A stretch of 64,000 nt of DNA from assembly GCA_016933535.1 (NCBI GenBank), contig JAFGAS010000086.1, positions 74,392-138,391 of the forward strand. The letters run 5' to 3'. The position numbers were made by a program, and so were the translations under genes. Positions 1 through 11,324 of the stretch are shown here, piece after piece. Under the pieces are notes generated by a model. The model did not search any database, had not been told where the DNA came from, and was given only the letters and a program-made list of their open reading frames with translations. Numbering within the stretch: position 1 is the stretch's first letter; every line of letters starts with the position of its first letter. This stretch comes from Candidatus Zymogenaceae bacterium. GTDB taxonomy: Bacteria; Desulfobacterota; Zymogenia; Zymogenales; Zymogenaceae.

Positions 1-37
1 CCCAGCGGTCTTTTCCTGAACGATAAATTTCCTACCG

Positions 38-1177
38 TTACCATTGTACGTTCTCCGTGATGATTTGCTCAAGCGCACCTCGTTTGCGTTCCATATCCGC
101 CAGAAGCCGAAACTGGGTTCGCGCCCGGTCGAGATTATGGCGGGGCCTTTCGGTCCTGAAATAGACGTCTCCCATGAGATAGTCCGTCAGAAATCTCACT
201 GCTGTCTCAAAGGTAATGACGAGGCAGGCCGTCACCAGCAGTTCGCGCTCCGACTGCGTGAGAGACGGCGGCCCGCCGCCGGGATTCGTACAAAACCCGC
301 CGACGAGCGCCTCAAATATCTTGAGATTGATCTGGATAGTGTCAAGATCGGTTTCGTCCTCAGAGCGTTCGCAGACGGAGCTCCGGACAAGATCACCGAA
401 ATCAAAGAGTAATGACCCCGGCATGACCGTGTCCAGGTCGATAACACACAGGGCCTTCGGGCCTTGTTTGCAATCATCGTCAAAGACGACATTGTTTATT
501 TTCGTGTCATTGTGGGTCACCCTCAGCGGGATATGACCTCTTTGTAGCGGTTCGGTGATTGCGCCGCATAAATCCTCCCACGCAAGGGCCGATTCAATCT
601 CCCGAGAAGCATCGTGCGTCCTTTTATGGGAATCACCGGCAATCGCCTCACGCAGACGAGCGAAGCGAACGGGGGTATTATGGAAATCTTCGATGGTTAC
701 ATGCAGGTTACGCACATTCAGCTTACCGAGATGATCGCCAAAGCGCCGAAAGGCGGCGGCCGCTTCCCGCGCTATTAAGAGGCCTTCTTTGTCGGGAGGC
801 ACCTGATTATACGTGATCCCCTCGACATAATGATAGCATCTCCAATAGGCGCCGTCATCGTCTTTATAGTACGATTCTCCTGCCCTGGTCTGCACGAGCG
901 CGAGCGGGCGAAGATCACAATCTCCCCTCTCGCCCCCGGCTTTTTTCTCGATCGCCTCGGTAACGATCCTGATATTATGCATAATAAGGTCCGGGCGGGG
1001 AAAGACGACGGAATTTATACGCTGCAGGGTGTACCGCTCCACTTCTTTGCCGGCCTGGACCGCGGCGATAAAGGTATCGTTGATATGCCCGGCCTTGCAC
1101 GGTATGATATCAACGACATCGCCGGCCAGCTCGAATACATCGAGAATACTACAGAGTCGTTGGATCATTTCATTCAT
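38..1177 (-). CDS. APH/choline-kinase-fold phosphotransferase, N-acetylhexosamine 1-kinase (NahK/AmgK-like)
   Basis: Motifs GHINDTF, LQRIN, FHNTP, RVTHNDTKINN, VIDLDTVMPG, RFLTDYLMGDVYF. Start moved to ATG 1177, which overlaps the upstream TGA (ATGA coupling). Confidence 0.8.
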   Translation of the reverse strand: MNEMIQRLCSILDVFELAGDVVDIIPCKAGHINDTFIAAVQAGKEVERYTLQRINSVVFPRPDLIMHNIRIVTEAIEKKAGGERGDCDLRPLALVQTRAGESYYKDDDGAYWRCYHYVEGITYNQVPPDKEGLLIAREAAAAFRRFGDHLGKLNVRNLHVTIEDFHNTPVRFARLREAIAGDSHKRTHDASREIESALAWEDLCGAITEPLQRGHIPLRVTHNDTKINNVVFDDDCKQGPKALCVIDLDTVMPGSLLFDFGDLVRSSVCERSEDETDLDTIQINLKIFEALVGGFCTNPGGGPPSLTQSERELLVTACLVITFETAVRFLTDYLMGDVYFRTERPRHNLDRARTQFRLLADMERKRGALEQIITENVQW

Positions 1178-2067
1178 TCGGTAAGTTTCTGAGGGTACGC
1201 CCCCGCCTTGATCATCCGGGATATCTCGGTCGTCACGACCTCTCTGTCTTCGGGATGGGTCATCCCGAACCATCGGTCGATTGTAGTGATCACCTTTACC
1301 CGGGCGATTCCTTCCGTAATGAGCGTTTTGACCGCTTCCGGAATCAAGAATTCGGCCTTCGGATCGTCCTTGACGCTATCGCGGAACGACCGATAGAGGG
1401 CACCGAGATGTTCGAAGAGGTTCGGGGAGAAGCCCCAGATGTTCATGGAGACAAACGATTCGGGATCAAGCTCAATAAACCCATCATCCCGATCGATCCC
1501 GATTCGTCCGTCCTTGATCTCGATACCGCTCGTCTCGGTGATATCGCGCAGCCATCCGTCATGAACTTCACAGACTCCCCTCGTTACTCCGCCGTGAGGG
1601 CTTACGGTATTCTTGAGCCGATATCCGATCATGGCAAACGTTCTTTCATCGTAATCCGGAGATACCAGGAATGAATTGAGCGATTCGATCGCGTTCCTGC
1701 CGTAATAGTCGTCGGCGTTCACAACCCCAAAGGGGACGTCGATAAGTCCGCTCGTGGCAAGGACCGCGTGACCCGTCCCCCAGGGCTTCTTTCGGCCCTC
1801 GGGCAGGTCCGTCACGTCCTGATGGGCATATGCGGCCGAGAGCCCCGCCGGCATATGGCGTACGATCCGATCGACGAATTCCGATTCAAATTCCTTTCGG
1901 ATAACAAATACCACCCGTGAAAAACCCGCCCGGGCCGCATCGTATAGGGTATAGTGGATCAGAAGTTCCCCGTTCGGCCCGACGGGGTCAAGTTGCTTGA
2001 GTCCCCCGTATCGGCTCCCCATTCCCGCCGCCATGATCACGATCGCCGTCTGGATGCTTCTTTTCAT
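1174..2067 (-). CDS. Sugar-phosphate nucleotidyltransferase (NTP_transferase family)
   Basis: MAAGMGSRYGGLKQ signature, KPWGTGHAV, VNADDYYG, VSMNIWGF. Start set at ATG 2067. Confidence 0.85.
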   Translation of the reverse strand: MKRSIQTAIVIMAAGMGSRYGGLKQLDPVGPNGELLIHYTLYDAARAGFSRVVFVIRKEFESEFVDRIVRHMPAGLSAAYAHQDVTDLPEGRKKPWGTGHAVLATSGLIDVPFGVVNADDYYGRNAIESLNSFLVSPDYDERTFAMIGYRLKNTVSPHGGVTRGVCEVHDGWLRDITETSGIEIKDGRIGIDRDDGFIELDPESFVSMNIWGFSPNLFEHLGALYRSFRDSVKDDPKAEFLIPEAVKTLITEGIARVKVITTIDRWFGMTHPEDREVVTTEISRMIKAGAYPQKLTE

Positions 2068-2134
2068 CTTTAAAACACCATAAATAAAGATTTCTATATT
2101 ACCCAACCGACAGGTTGAGGTCAAGGGCAATCGC

Positions 2135-3004
2135 TCATTTCAGAAATAATCCCACAGCGGCGATTACTATTACGACGGTTATGATTCTCAACAATACCGT
2201 CTGGTTTATCGTATGGACCTTTCCCGCCGCCCATCGTGCGGTATACGCCCCCGAAACCGCCATGACGATACCGGCGATATAGTTCACGTAACCGATGGAA
2301 TAGGGGACGTGTTGTGACGCCGAGAGCCCCGCAATTATCTGAACGGCCACCCCGACTACCGTACAAACCGTCATCAGACATGTGGAGTAGCAGATCGCCT
2401 CGATCATGGAAAAACCGACGAGGATAATGCCGAGAGGGATGGTTATCGCCCCCCCTCCAATGCCGAAGAAGCTTGCAACAAATCCCGAAATAATACCGAT
2501 AATTCCACAAAGGACAACTGCCTGTAACGGGTATCGCCGTTCATTTACCGGGCATTCGATCGGCCCGGTATCTTCCAACACCTCTCGTCGGCCTTTCGTA
2601 CCCGAGCGCGACGCCTGAATAAATCGGATCGCCGTTATGATCAGGAATACGCCCAGGAGTTTCTTGAAGAGGGGACTTGCCGTCATCGCGGACATCGTTC
2701 CCCCCGCCACCGCTCCCAATATCCCCGAGAGTACCATAACGATAAGGATACGGTGATGGATGATGTTTTTTTTCAGGTGAACCAGTGAGCTTGATGCGGC
2801 ATTGAAGATAATGACGAAAAGGCTCGTCCCCACCGCCGTATGCACCGAGGCGCTTTCCGGGTAGCCGAGCAGCGTAAAGAGATAGATAAGGATCGGGACG
2901 GTGACAACGCCGCCCCCTCCCCCCAGAAAACCGGTACTCATACCGGCGATCGCACCCACGATCAGGTAGACGGTGATAAGCCCCGGAAACGTAAGGTCAA
3001 ACAT
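2135..3004 (-). CDS. Sulfite exporter TauE/SafE (TSUP) family membrane protein
   Basis: Duplicated G-F-L/F-G-G/I-GGG motifs, AVGTSL, about 8 hydrophobic helices. Confidence 0.85.
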   Translation of the reverse strand: MFDLTFPGLITVYLIVGAIAGMSTGFLGGGGGVVTVPILIYLFTLLGYPESASVHTAVGTSLFVIIFNAASSSLVHLKKNIIHHRILIVMVLSGILGAVAGGTMSAMTASPLFKKLLGVFLIITAIRFIQASRSGTKGRREVLEDTGPIECPVNERRYPLQAVVLCGIIGIISGFVASFFGIGGGAITIPLGIILVGFSMIEAICYSTCLMTVCTVVGVAVQIIAGLSASQHVPYSIGYVNYIAGIVMAVSGAYTARWAAGKVHTINQTVLLRIITVVIVIAAVGLFLK

Positions 3005-3173
3005 GATATACGGGTATGTACTGTGTCGGCCCTAACATTCCACGGCCGTTCTCGTCTCGTTTAGGCCTGATGCCCTAAGCCTGTATGAGCGCCTGTGACA
3101 GCCCGAGATTCTTCTCCCCGGAAGCTTTCGGTCCTTTTCGGCCTCCAACAGACCGCCGTTTCTCCGATATGTC

Positions 3174-3695
3174 CTAAAATGCCTTTGACTCCGATATAAA
3201 TTCCAGTATCTCATCTTCCATCTCGGAGAAAAACGTCGTCTTAATTTCTTCTTTGGATGGGAAATATTTCGTTGTTTTCAGTTTGCCATTCTTGGATACG
3301 ATCTCGTCTAATGTACGGTTGTCGACAAACGACGCGGTATAGACCATGAAGGCGGCATCCTTTGCCAGCCCGAATGTGGTGCGTGCCACCAGGCGATCGT
3401 TTCTGCGGGCCAGCTCAAGATCATCTATAGTGATAGTAAGAAGCATATCGGCCCGGTCCTGTGATGTGGATATTGCAAAGCCCATCCCGTTCATACGGGA
3501 TTGAAGGTCCTCGACGACACGGGTCCTCTCATCATGGGTGACCGGAAAGACCGGATCGTAGACAAAGTCGATAAAGACGGTCCTATATTTCACCGGGGTA
3601 ACGGGCGGTGGTGCATAGACCTGCGGTCCGGATTTGCAGCTCGATATGCTTACCATGATAAAAAGTACCGACAGCACTATAATAATCCTCTTCAT
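3174..3695 (-). CDS. Hypothetical lipoprotein
   Basis: MKR + hydrophobic stretch + lipobox ISSC; GGGGGA SD upstream. Confidence 0.7.
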   Translation of the reverse strand: MKRIIIVLSVLFIMVSISSCKSGPQVYAPPPVTPVKYRTVFIDFVYDPVFPVTHDERTRVVEDLQSRMNGMGFAISTSQDRADMLLTITIDDLELARRNDRLVARTTFGLAKDAAFMVYTASFVDNRTLDEIVSKNGKLKTTKYFPSKEEIKTTFFSEMEDEILEFISESKAF

Positions 3696-3788
3696 GATCC
3701 CCCCGTTTCACTGTTGTTTCTAACTTGGAAATGTCTCTGTATATTAAAGGCACGTCTACCGGGTAACGTAAAAATCAGTTTTACAGCC

Positions 3789-4841
3789 CTATTGCATTGG
3801 CTCGGTGTAGAGCGTCATATAGCTGAACGCGTAAGTCCCGTCGGGTAACCGATCCACGCAGAAATCTACCCTGTTTACCCGAATCTCGAAGTAATTCAGA
3901 TCCCACGGTTCGGTCACGATGCAATACCCGATGAGATTGCCGACTTCATCGATCCGCGGGGAGACCTCCTTGATTTCCCATGATGTATCCCACGAACCGG
4001 AGAGCCACTCCTGTCGATCGACCTCCCGGTCACCGAGCCTTACTACCCAATCCGTATGGGCTACCCAGACTTCAAAGACTCCCGGAACGGCAAGCTTCGA
4101 TACGAGAGAGAGGTCCCTCTTTTCAAGGGCCGCCCTGACCTTTTTCATGGGCTCAATCGGATCGCTGAAGAGAGGAGCAGACCGGTAACATTCCATAAAC
4201 ACCATATAGGGCTGAAGAAGCTCCCGCGCCGTGATAAAATCCACCTCCGGCTTTATATCCGGATACGTCTCCATGACATAGGAATACGCCTTGTGCGCCT
4301 CGTCAAATCGTTGGAGATAAACCAGCGCCTCGATTCGGCCGGAAAACGAGGCAAGCAGGTCACCGGAAAGCCGGGCGCTTCCGCCGATATCCTCCCTCGA
4401 GAAGTTATGCTCAATCTGGTCGATGATGAGAGCCGAAAGATTCTCCATATCCTCCAGTTTGCGAGACTCCCTTAATCGTTCCAACTTACCGATTTCTCCA
4501 GACAGCGACGGCACGTCACTATAGGAGGTTTCAGCCTTCGGGTCTTTGGTGTCCAGCACCGTGTCGAACACCCATCCCTCGATCCCCCGGTATCTGACGA
4601 GGCACCAGTGCCCCTTGATCCCTAGGGCTGTTTCGGGATCCTTCAGACAGAGAACGACCAGGACCGCTTCACCCTCAGAGATACCGATAATCTTCTTGGC
4701 GTTGAAATCGGGCCGCTCCTTTAATTGGACTCCATCGGCCCCGATAACCGCCTTGACGTTTGCTTCGGCACCCACGGCCGAGGGGAAAACCGCCAACAGT
4801 AGAAGGCAGCAGGCAGCAATCGCCGGCAAACGATGATTCAT
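3789..4841 (-). CDS. Secreted SH3b-domain protein
   Basis: Signal peptide from ATG 4841; SH3b-like GVQLKERP...WCLVRYRGIEGWVF, followed by a helical (TPR-like) region. Confidence 0.65.
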   Translation of the reverse strand: MNHRLPAIAACCLLLLAVFPSAVGAEANVKAVIGADGVQLKERPDFNAKKIIGISEGEAVLVVLCLKDPETALGIKGHWCLVRYRGIEGWVFDTVLDTKDPKAETSYSDVPSLSGEIGKLERLRESRKLEDMENLSALIIDQIEHNFSREDIGGSARLSGDLLASFSGRIEALVYLQRFDEAHKAYSYVMETYPDIKPEVDFITARELLQPYMVFMECYRSAPLFSDPIEPMKKVRAALEKRDLSLVSKLAVPGVFEVWVAHTDWVVRLGDREVDRQEWLSGSWDTSWEIKEVSPRIDEVGNLIGYCIVTEPWDLNYFEIRVNRVDFCVDRLPDGTYAFSYMTLYTEPMQ

Positions 4842-4845
4842 GGTT

Positions 4846-6240
4846 TTACCCTTTCTCCCCTGCGGAACGCTTGGCTTCCAGCGCTCCCATAATTTTCTTT
4901 TCCGGATAAAGAAGAAACATGACAATCCCGATAATGCACACGGCCGCCACCACCGGGCCGGAGAGCCTCACCCCCATCGGTTGGGCCACGTCTTTCCCGT
5001 ACGATGAGAGGAGAAACGCGAAGATGAGCGCTGAGATGCCGAGATTTATCTTCTGGAGCAGACCCTGCGCGCCGAAGAACATCGCCTCCCGGTTCGTTTT
5101 GGTCTGGATCGAGTCATACTCGGCAATGTCGGAGATCATCGCGTTGGGGATCAGCAGGAGGGCCGAAACGGGAATACCCAGGATCGCGAATATCACAAAC
5201 GGCTGATAAGCTACCGGGATAACCAGGGCGTCGGTGCCCAGCCAGTAGAGGGCGCAGCTGGCCAGCCCAAAGATTAGCAGACTGATGACCATGATCGTTT
5301 TTTTGGCAATATATCGGCCCGCCAGGTTGATGATTGGGAAAAAAACGAGGGCGACTCCGAAAACTGCGCCGAAGACGACGCTCGCGAAGGCCTCGTCTTT
5401 GTTCAGCAGGACCCTCACATAGTAGGCCGCACCCATGGAGACGATATTGAGGCCGAACCAGAAGGTTATCGTTCCGAAGAGGTAGGAAAGAAACGCCCCG
5501 CTCCTCAGGGTCAGCCTCAGCGACTCGAAGAGACCCACCTCGGTGGGAGTGGATTTGGAATAGCGCTTCTCGTCGATCGGGATGACGGCAATATAGCAAA
5601 ATATGAGGCCGAGGATCCCGAGGCAGACGACGGTGGCCTGCAGGGAGGTGGTCTTGGAAAGACCCATGCCCCCGATTATATCCCACAGGATGTACCCCCC
5701 GATCATTACGATAATGATCCCCAGTAATGATAGAACCGCCTGGATGGTAACCAGATTTATCCGTTCCTTGTTGCTGTGGGTCAATTCTGGGATGAGCGCA
5801 AGCAAAGGAACGACGTAAACGGTAAACGAGAAGAGAAGCACGCCGAGCATGACGGCCAGAAAAATCGTGTTGCCGATGCCGGGTTCGCTAAACGGCGGGA
5901 AAAAGAGAAAGACCGCCGCCGCCATGAGCGGAAGTCCCCCGAAGATCATCAGAGATCTTCTCCTGCCTAACCGTGACTTGCTCCGGTCGCTCCAGGATGC
6001 CACGAGGGGATCGGCAACCGAATCGACGATCCGGCCGAAGACCGTGACCAAACCCACGGCCGTAAATATTCCCCAAAACGTAACGTTGGGAATAAGCTCG
6101 CGCATTCCCGATTCGGCGGGTGGAAGATAAAAATAAAACATAAAGGTGACCCAGATTCGATCGGCGATCGTGTAGCCGACGACGCCGCTCGAGTAGAGCA
6201 ATTTCCCCCAGAGGGGGAACGTTTCCACCTGTCTTTTCAT
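4846..6240 (-). CDS. MFS transporter, glycoside-pentoside-hexuronide (MelB/GPH) family
   Basis: DSVADPLVASWSDRSKSRLGRRR, ALIPELT...ER, REAMFFG; 12 TM helices. Confidence 0.85.
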   Translation of the reverse strand: MKRQVETFPLWGKLLYSSGVVGYTIADRIWVTFMFYFYLPPAESGMRELIPNVTFWGIFTAVGLVTVFGRIVDSVADPLVASWSDRSKSRLGRRRSLMIFGGLPLMAAAVFLFFPPFSEPGIGNTIFLAVMLGVLLFSFTVYVVPLLALIPELTHSNKERINLVTIQAVLSLLGIIIVMIGGYILWDIIGGMGLSKTTSLQATVVCLGILGLIFCYIAVIPIDEKRYSKSTPTEVGLFESLRLTLRSGAFLSYLFGTITFWFGLNIVSMGAAYYVRVLLNKDEAFASVVFGAVFGVALVFFPIINLAGRYIAKKTIMVISLLIFGLASCALYWLGTDALVIPVAYQPFVIFAILGIPVSALLLIPNAMISDIAEYDSIQTKTNREAMFFGAQGLLQKINLGISALIFAFLLSSYGKDVAQPMGVRLSGPVVAAVCIIGIVMFLLYPEKKIMGALEAKRSAGEKG

Positions 6241-6270
6241 ATTGATTATTCCTTTTGGATATGTTTTTTC

Positions 6271-6299
6271 AGGCTAAACCATAAGACCGGATTTGTCAA
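6271..6299 (-). promoter_or_regulatory. sigma70-type promoter for the MFS operon
   Basis: TTGACA-17 nt-TAGCCT on the minus strand, about 30 nt upstream of ATG 6240. Confidence 0.5.
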
Positions 6300-6633
6300 T
6301 ATTTTTCATCCACTTGGGCTTGTTGCCGGAATCTTGAATGGGATACCTTTACGTAAAGTCCCATCTGAACTTCCCTTATGAATAGCCATTGTTCTTGTGC
6401 CTCTGTCGTTGGATCCTTCGTTTTCCGCCAAAGAGACAAAAAGGGTATAAAGGAATGTAATGACCCTGTTTCTCAAGTCCCTTCATGCTACTGCGTCTCG
6501 GTGTCCACTCGGGTTGTCGGGTCGGTAAAGGACCGGGCATTACCGCACCGACACGAAGGCCCAATGAAGACACTCCCTTCTCTGTGACCGTACAAAAGAA
6601 ACGATGCCTTCGCCGTTTGGGAGGCGGCCCCTC

Positions 6634-6663
6634 TTGACGCGGCCGTTATCGGTGTGATATTGT
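6634..6663 (+). promoter_or_regulatory. sigma70-type promoter for cysS
   Basis: TTGACG-18 nt-TATTGT with an extended TG. Confidence 0.4.
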
Positions 6664-6699
6664 TTCAAGTCAACAACACCATTTATCATTGAGGTTCCC

Positions 6700-8163
6700 A
6701 TGTCCCTGCTCATCCACAACTCACTGTCCGGCAAAAAAGAGGAATTTGTCCCCCTTGTCCCCGGAACCGTCAGCATGTATGTCTGCGGGATCACCGCCTA
6801 TGACTACTCCCACATCGGCCACGCACGGGCATACGTAGCCTTTGACGTAATCTATCGATACCTGAAATACCGGGGGTACGACGTCACCTATGTCCGCAAT
6901 TTCACGGACATCGACGATAAGATCATCAAGCGGGCTAACGAGTCGGGTCGCGATACCAGGGACCTTTCCGAGGAGTTCATTCAGAAATACCACGAGGATA
7001 TGGACGCCCTCGGGATACTCCGCCCAAACGTGGAACCCAAGGCCACCGAAACGATCGGTGAGATGATAGACCTCATCTCCCGCCTCTTCGAGAAGGGGTA
7101 TGCATACAAGGCAGGCGACGACGTGGCGTTTTCCGTGAAGAAATTTTCCGGCTACGGCAAGCTGTCGGGCAAGAAGATCGACGAACTGGAGTCGGGCGCC
7201 CGGGTCGAGGTGGACGACAAGAAGCAGGACCCCTTCGATTTCATTCTCTGGAAGGCCGCCAAACCCGGTGAGCCCGCCTGGGAAAGCCCCTGGGGAAAGG
7301 GCCGTCCCGGCTGGCATATCGAGTGTTCGGCCATGAGCGGCAGCATCCTGGGCGACACCATCGACATCCACGGCGGCGGCAAGGACCTCATCTTCCCCCA
7401 CCACGAAAACGAGATTGCCCAGTCGGAGGCCGCCACCGGCAAGCCTTTCGTGCGCTATTTTATCCATAACGGATTTGTCAACATCGACTCAGAAAAGATG
7501 AGCAAGTCCACCGGTAAGTTTTTCACCGTCCGGGATATCAGGAATCAATACCACCCCGAGGTGATCCGCGTGTTCCTCCTTTCCGTTCACTACCGCAGCC
7601 CGGTAGACTTCTCCGAGAAAAACCTCAGGGATTCCGGAGAGGCCCTCAACCGGCTCTATTCCACCAAGGCCCGAATATTCGAAACGGAAAGCAATGCCGC
7701 CGAAAACCGACAGGGCGGCTCCGCCCCAAAGGAGATCGAGGACGCCGTATCGGCCTTCACCGAGGGGTTTGCCGAGGCCATGGACGACGACTTCAACACG
7801 GCCCTCGCGCTGGGCAAACTCTTTGACCTTTCGCACCTGTTCAACCGGTTTCTCGATGGACAGAAAGATGTCCCCGAAAACGAGCGTGTATCTCTGGTTG
7901 CCGCGTGGGAGACAATCAGCGGCGCGCTGGACGTCCTGGGCATACTGAGCCGCGATCCCGACACCTACTTCTCGGAGGTAAAAGGCCTCAGGCTCACCGA
8001 TTCGGCGCTCGACGCCGGGGATATCGAGCGGCTCATCGCCGAGCGTAACGCCGCCCGAAAGGCCAAGGACTTCGCGAGGGCCGATTCTATTCGCGAAGAG
8101 CTGACCGAAAAAGGCGTTATCCTGGAAGACGGCCCGGACGGCACGACCTGGAAGATGAAATAG
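6700..8163 (+). CDS. cysS: Cysteine--tRNA ligase
   Basis: [45 protein letters not shown]; GAGG SD. Confidence 0.98.
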   Translation: MSLLIHNSLSGKKEEFVPLVPGTVSMYVCGITAYDYSHIGHARAYVAFDVIYRYLKYRGYDVTYVRNFTDIDDKIIKRANESGRDTRDLSEEFIQKYHEDMDALGILRPNVEPKATETIGEMIDLISRLFEKGYAYKAGDDVAFSVKKFSGYGKLSGKKIDELESGARVEVDDKKQDPFDFILWKAAKPGEPAWESPWGKGRPGWHIECSAMSGSILGDTIDIHGGGKDLIFPHHENEIAQSEAATGKPFVRYFIHNGFVNIDSEKMSKSTGKFFTVRDIRNQYHPEVIRVFLLSVHYRSPVDFSEKNLRDSGEALNRLYSTKARIFETESNAAENRQGGSAPKEIEDAVSAFTEGFAEAMDDDFNTALALGKLFDLSHLFNRFLDGQKDVPENERVSLVAAWETISGALDVLGILSRDPDTYFSEVKGLRLTDSALDAGDIERLIAERNAARKAKDFARADSIREELTEKGVILEDGPDGTTWKMK

Positions 8164-8401
8164 CCCGAAACGGGAGGCTTTTGGGAAGGCTGTTTTCCGT
8201 CCGATATATCACCCGGACGGCGCCCCCGGTCATGGGAAGGGATCACCGGCAACAGGAAGCAATCCCTGACAGCGTTAATAGATAGTCAAGGGTTTATGAC
8301 AGTCCTTACAGACCAGTAATGACGTTTCCGTAACCTCACGGACCTCGGGAAAACTCCCGAGTCTCTCTGTTCCTTAAAACTCCTTTTTAGGATCATGTTA
8401 C

Positions 8402-9178
8402 ATGTCTTCACAAATAGTCATCCGTGAAAACCGCGGCCCCGTTTCCTGGGTCATCTTCAACCGGCCCGAGGTCTACAATGCCTTCAACCTCGATCTCGCC
8501 CGGGAGGCGTTTTCGGCCCTTTGCCGATCCATCGAAGACCCCCAGACCCGGGTCGTCGTCCTCACGGGGGCAGGAAAGGCCTTCTCGGTTGGGGCGGACG
8601 TCCTTGACGTCGGCGCATCCGACGACCCGCCCCGAATCATCGGGGAACTGGCCACCATCGCACATCGCGCGATCACCGAGGTCAGGCAGTCGCCCAAGCC
8701 GGTGATCGCGGCGATAAACCGCCTTGCCGCCGGATACGGTATGGCCCTGGCGCTGGCGTCCGATATCAGGATCGCCACCGAGCGCCTGAGGCTCCGCTAC
8801 GCCTACTCGACCATCGGGCTCACCGGCGACGGCGGCATCAACTGGAGCCTCCCCCGGCTCGCGGGGACGTCCCGGGCTCTGGAGGTGGCGCTCCTTGCCG
8901 AGGACATCCACGAAAAGGAGGCCGAACGACTGGGGATTATCACGAAGTTCGTTCCCGAAGATCAGCTCGTCGAACAGGCCCAGGCGATAGCCGAACGGAT
9001 AGCGGCGCTGCCGCCGAAGACCGCCTCGGCCATAAAACGTATGATCTACGGCTCGGCAGACAGCGACCTCTTGGTCCATCTTGCCGCCGAGCACGCCGCC
9101 CTGACGGATGCGGCATCAACCCCGGAGTTTTCCGAGCTCCTGAAAATACTCATAGATCAGTTTTCCCCCAAGACATAG
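8402..9178 (+). CDS. Enoyl-CoA hydratase/isomerase family protein (PaaG-like)
   Basis: NRPEVYNA, VVVLTGAGKAFSVGAD, PKPVIAAIN..AAGYG, IGLTGDGG (PaaG-type Asp). Confidence 0.85.
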   Translation: MSSQIVIRENRGPVSWVIFNRPEVYNAFNLDLAREAFSALCRSIEDPQTRVVVLTGAGKAFSVGADVLDVGASDDPPRIIGELATIAHRAITEVRQSPKPVIAAINRLAAGYGMALALASDIRIATERLRLRYAYSTIGLTGDGGINWSLPRLAGTSRALEVALLAEDIHEKEAERLGIITKFVPEDQLVEQAQAIAERIAALPPKTASAIKRMIYGSADSDLLVHLAAEHAALTDAASTPEFSELLKILIDQFSPKT

Positions 9179-9332
9179 ACGCCGGCGGACCGAAAAATAT
9201 CGCTGTACGGCCCTGCCCGTCTGTCGTCCGACTCTTTTCGGTCCGCACGATACGTCCCCGTTTCGTGCGTGAGCCTTTAATAATCCGGGCGACCATGTTA
9301 AAATAGTGAGATAACTTCTTTACGGATATGTT

Positions 9333-11324
9333 ATGCCCCAGTTCGATATGGTCACCGATTTTATCCCCAGGGGGGATCAACCCGGAGCCATCGCGGAGCT
9401 CACCGAGGGAGTGCTCCGGGGAGACGCGCACCAGGTGCTGCTGGGCGTCACCGGTTCCGGCAAGACCTTCACCATGGCCAACGTCATCAAGAACACGGGT
9501 CTGCCGAGCCTCATTATTGCCCCCAACAAGACACTGGCCGCCCAGCTATACTCCGAGTTCAAGGCACTGTTTCCAAACAACGCCGTGGAATATTTCGTCA
9601 GCTATTACGACTATTACCAGCCGGAGGCCTACATCCCCCGCACCGATACCTTCATCGAGAAAGATACGGCCATCAACGAAGAAATCGATAAAATGCGCCA
9701 CTCCGCCACCCACTCCCTTCTCTCCCGGGATGACGTCATTATCATCGCCTCGGTCTCCTGCATCTACGGCCTGGGCTCTCCGGACGCCTATGCCAATATG
9801 GTTGTTCGGCTCGCCGTGGGTGAGACCTTCTTTCGGGATGAACTGCTGCTCTCGCTGGTCGAGAGCAAGTATGACCGAAACGATATCGATTTTTCCCGGG
9901 GAACATTCCGCGTCCGGGGAGATACCATCGAGATCTTTCCCGCCTATGAAGACGACCGCGCCGTCCGCATACAGTACGACGGAGACAAGGTGGAAAAGAT
10001 CAGCTATATCGATCCCCTCAGAGGCCTTGTTATCGAGACCCTCCCGGAGGTGAGCCTTTTTCCCGGCAGTCACTACGTCACGCCCCGGGAGCTGATACTC
10101 AAGGCCATTGAGACGATCCAGGAGGAGCTTTCCCTCCGCCTTGCCTTATTCCGGGAAAACAACAAGCTCGTGGAGGCCCAGCGCATCGAAGAGCGCACCA
10201 ATTTCGACCTCGAAATGATGCGGGAGATCGGCTACTGCCAGGGGATCGAGAACTACTCCCGGCACCTGACCGGGAGAAAACCGGGACAGCCCCCGCCGAC
10301 GCTGCTGGATTACTACCCGAAAAACTGGCTTGTCTTTATCGATGAAAGTCACATCACCGTTCCCCAAATCGGCGGGATGTTTCGCGGCGATCGATCCCGC
10401 AAGGATACGCTCGTCCAGTACGGGTTCCGCCTTCCCTCGGCGCTCGACAACCGTCCACTGACCTTTGAAGAATTCGAGGGGACGGTGCACCAGACGATCT
10501 ACGTATCGGCCACCCCTGCCGACTACGAGCTCAATAAGGCCGGCGGCGTCGTGGCCGAGCAGGTCATCCGTCCCACGGGGCTCATGGACCCGAGGGTTGA
10601 GGTGAGGCCGGCCACCCACCAGGTGGATGACCTCTTTGACGAGATCAAGAAGCGGGTGGCGCGCGGGGATCGGGTCCTCGTGACAACGCTGACCAAACGG
10701 ATGGCCGAGGAATTGACGGCCTATTACACCAACCTGGGCCTGCGGACGCGCTATCTCCACTCCGAGGTGGACACGCTGGAACGGGTGGCGATCATCCGGG
10801 ACCTGAGGCTGGGGAAGTTCGACGTGTTGGTCGGCATCAACCTCCTCCGCGAGGGGCTGGACATCCCGGAAGTGTCTCTGGTGGCGATTCTGGACGCCGA
10901 CAAGGAGGGATTTCTGCGGTCCGGCCGATCTCTTATTCAGACCAGCGGGCGGGCCGCCCGCAATATAGACGGGACGGTCATCATGTACGCGGACGTCGTC
11001 ACCCGGTCGATGGATATCGCCATCGCCGAAGCCAACCGCCGAAGAAAAATCCAGAATCAATTCAACATAGACAACAACATCACGCCCGAGACAATCAAGA
11101 AGGAGATCAGCGAGATACTGACCTCGATCTACGAACAGGATTATTACACGGTCCAGAAGGATGAAAGGGAAGAACTGAAGTTCAAGTCCCAGCACGAGGT
11201 GAAGCGACATATCGATAAGCTCAAAAAACAGATGCGCAAGGCCGCCCACGACCTCGACTTTGAGTTAGCGGCCGAGATACGGGACAGGATACTGGAGGTC
11301 GAAAAGATGGAGATGATGGCGTAA
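9333..11324 (+). CDS. uvrB: Excinuclease ABC subunit B
   Basis: [27 protein letters not shown] beta-hairpin, DESH, C-terminal UVR domain. Confidence 0.98.
   Translation: MPQFDMVTDFIPRGDQPGAIAELTEGVLRGDAHQVLLGVTGSGKTFTMANVIKNTGLPSLIIAPNKTLAAQLYSEFKALFPNNAVEYFVSYYDYYQPEAYIPRTDTFIEKDTAINEEIDKMRHSATHSLLSRDDVIIIASVSCIYGLGSPDAYANMVVRLAVGETFFRDELLLSLVESKYDRNDIDFSRGTFRVRGDTIEIFPAYEDDRAVRIQYDGDKVEKISYIDPLRGLVIETLPEVSLFPGSHYVTPRELILKAIETIQEELSLRLALFRENNKLVEAQRIEERTNFDLEMMREIGYCQGIENYSRHLTGRKPGQPPPTLLDYYPKNWLVFIDESHITVPQIGGMFRGDRSRKDTLVQYGFRLPSALDNRPLTFEEFEGTVHQTIYVSATPADYELNKAGGVVAEQVIRPTGLMDPRVEVRPATHQVDDLFDEIKKRVARGDRVLVTTLTKRMAEELTAYYTNLGLRTRYLHSEVDTLERVAIIRDLRLGKFDVLVGINLLREGLDIPEVSLVAILDADKEGFLRSGRSLIQTSGRAARNIDGTVIMYADVVTRSMDIAIAEANRRRKIQNQFNIDNNITPETIKKEISEILTSIYEQDYYTVQKDEREELKFKSQHEVKRHIDKLKKQMRKAAHDLDFELAAEIRDRILEVEKMEMMA

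Noticed and set aside
3005-3173. c-di-GMP-I or Moco riboswitch-like fragments upstream of the TSUP gene
   Set aside because: Only partial words match; no GCAAAC P1, and the Moco-like words are on the wrong strand.
10146-11249. 367-aa minus-strand ORF
   Set aside because: Antisense to uvrB; a typical codon-bias shadow.
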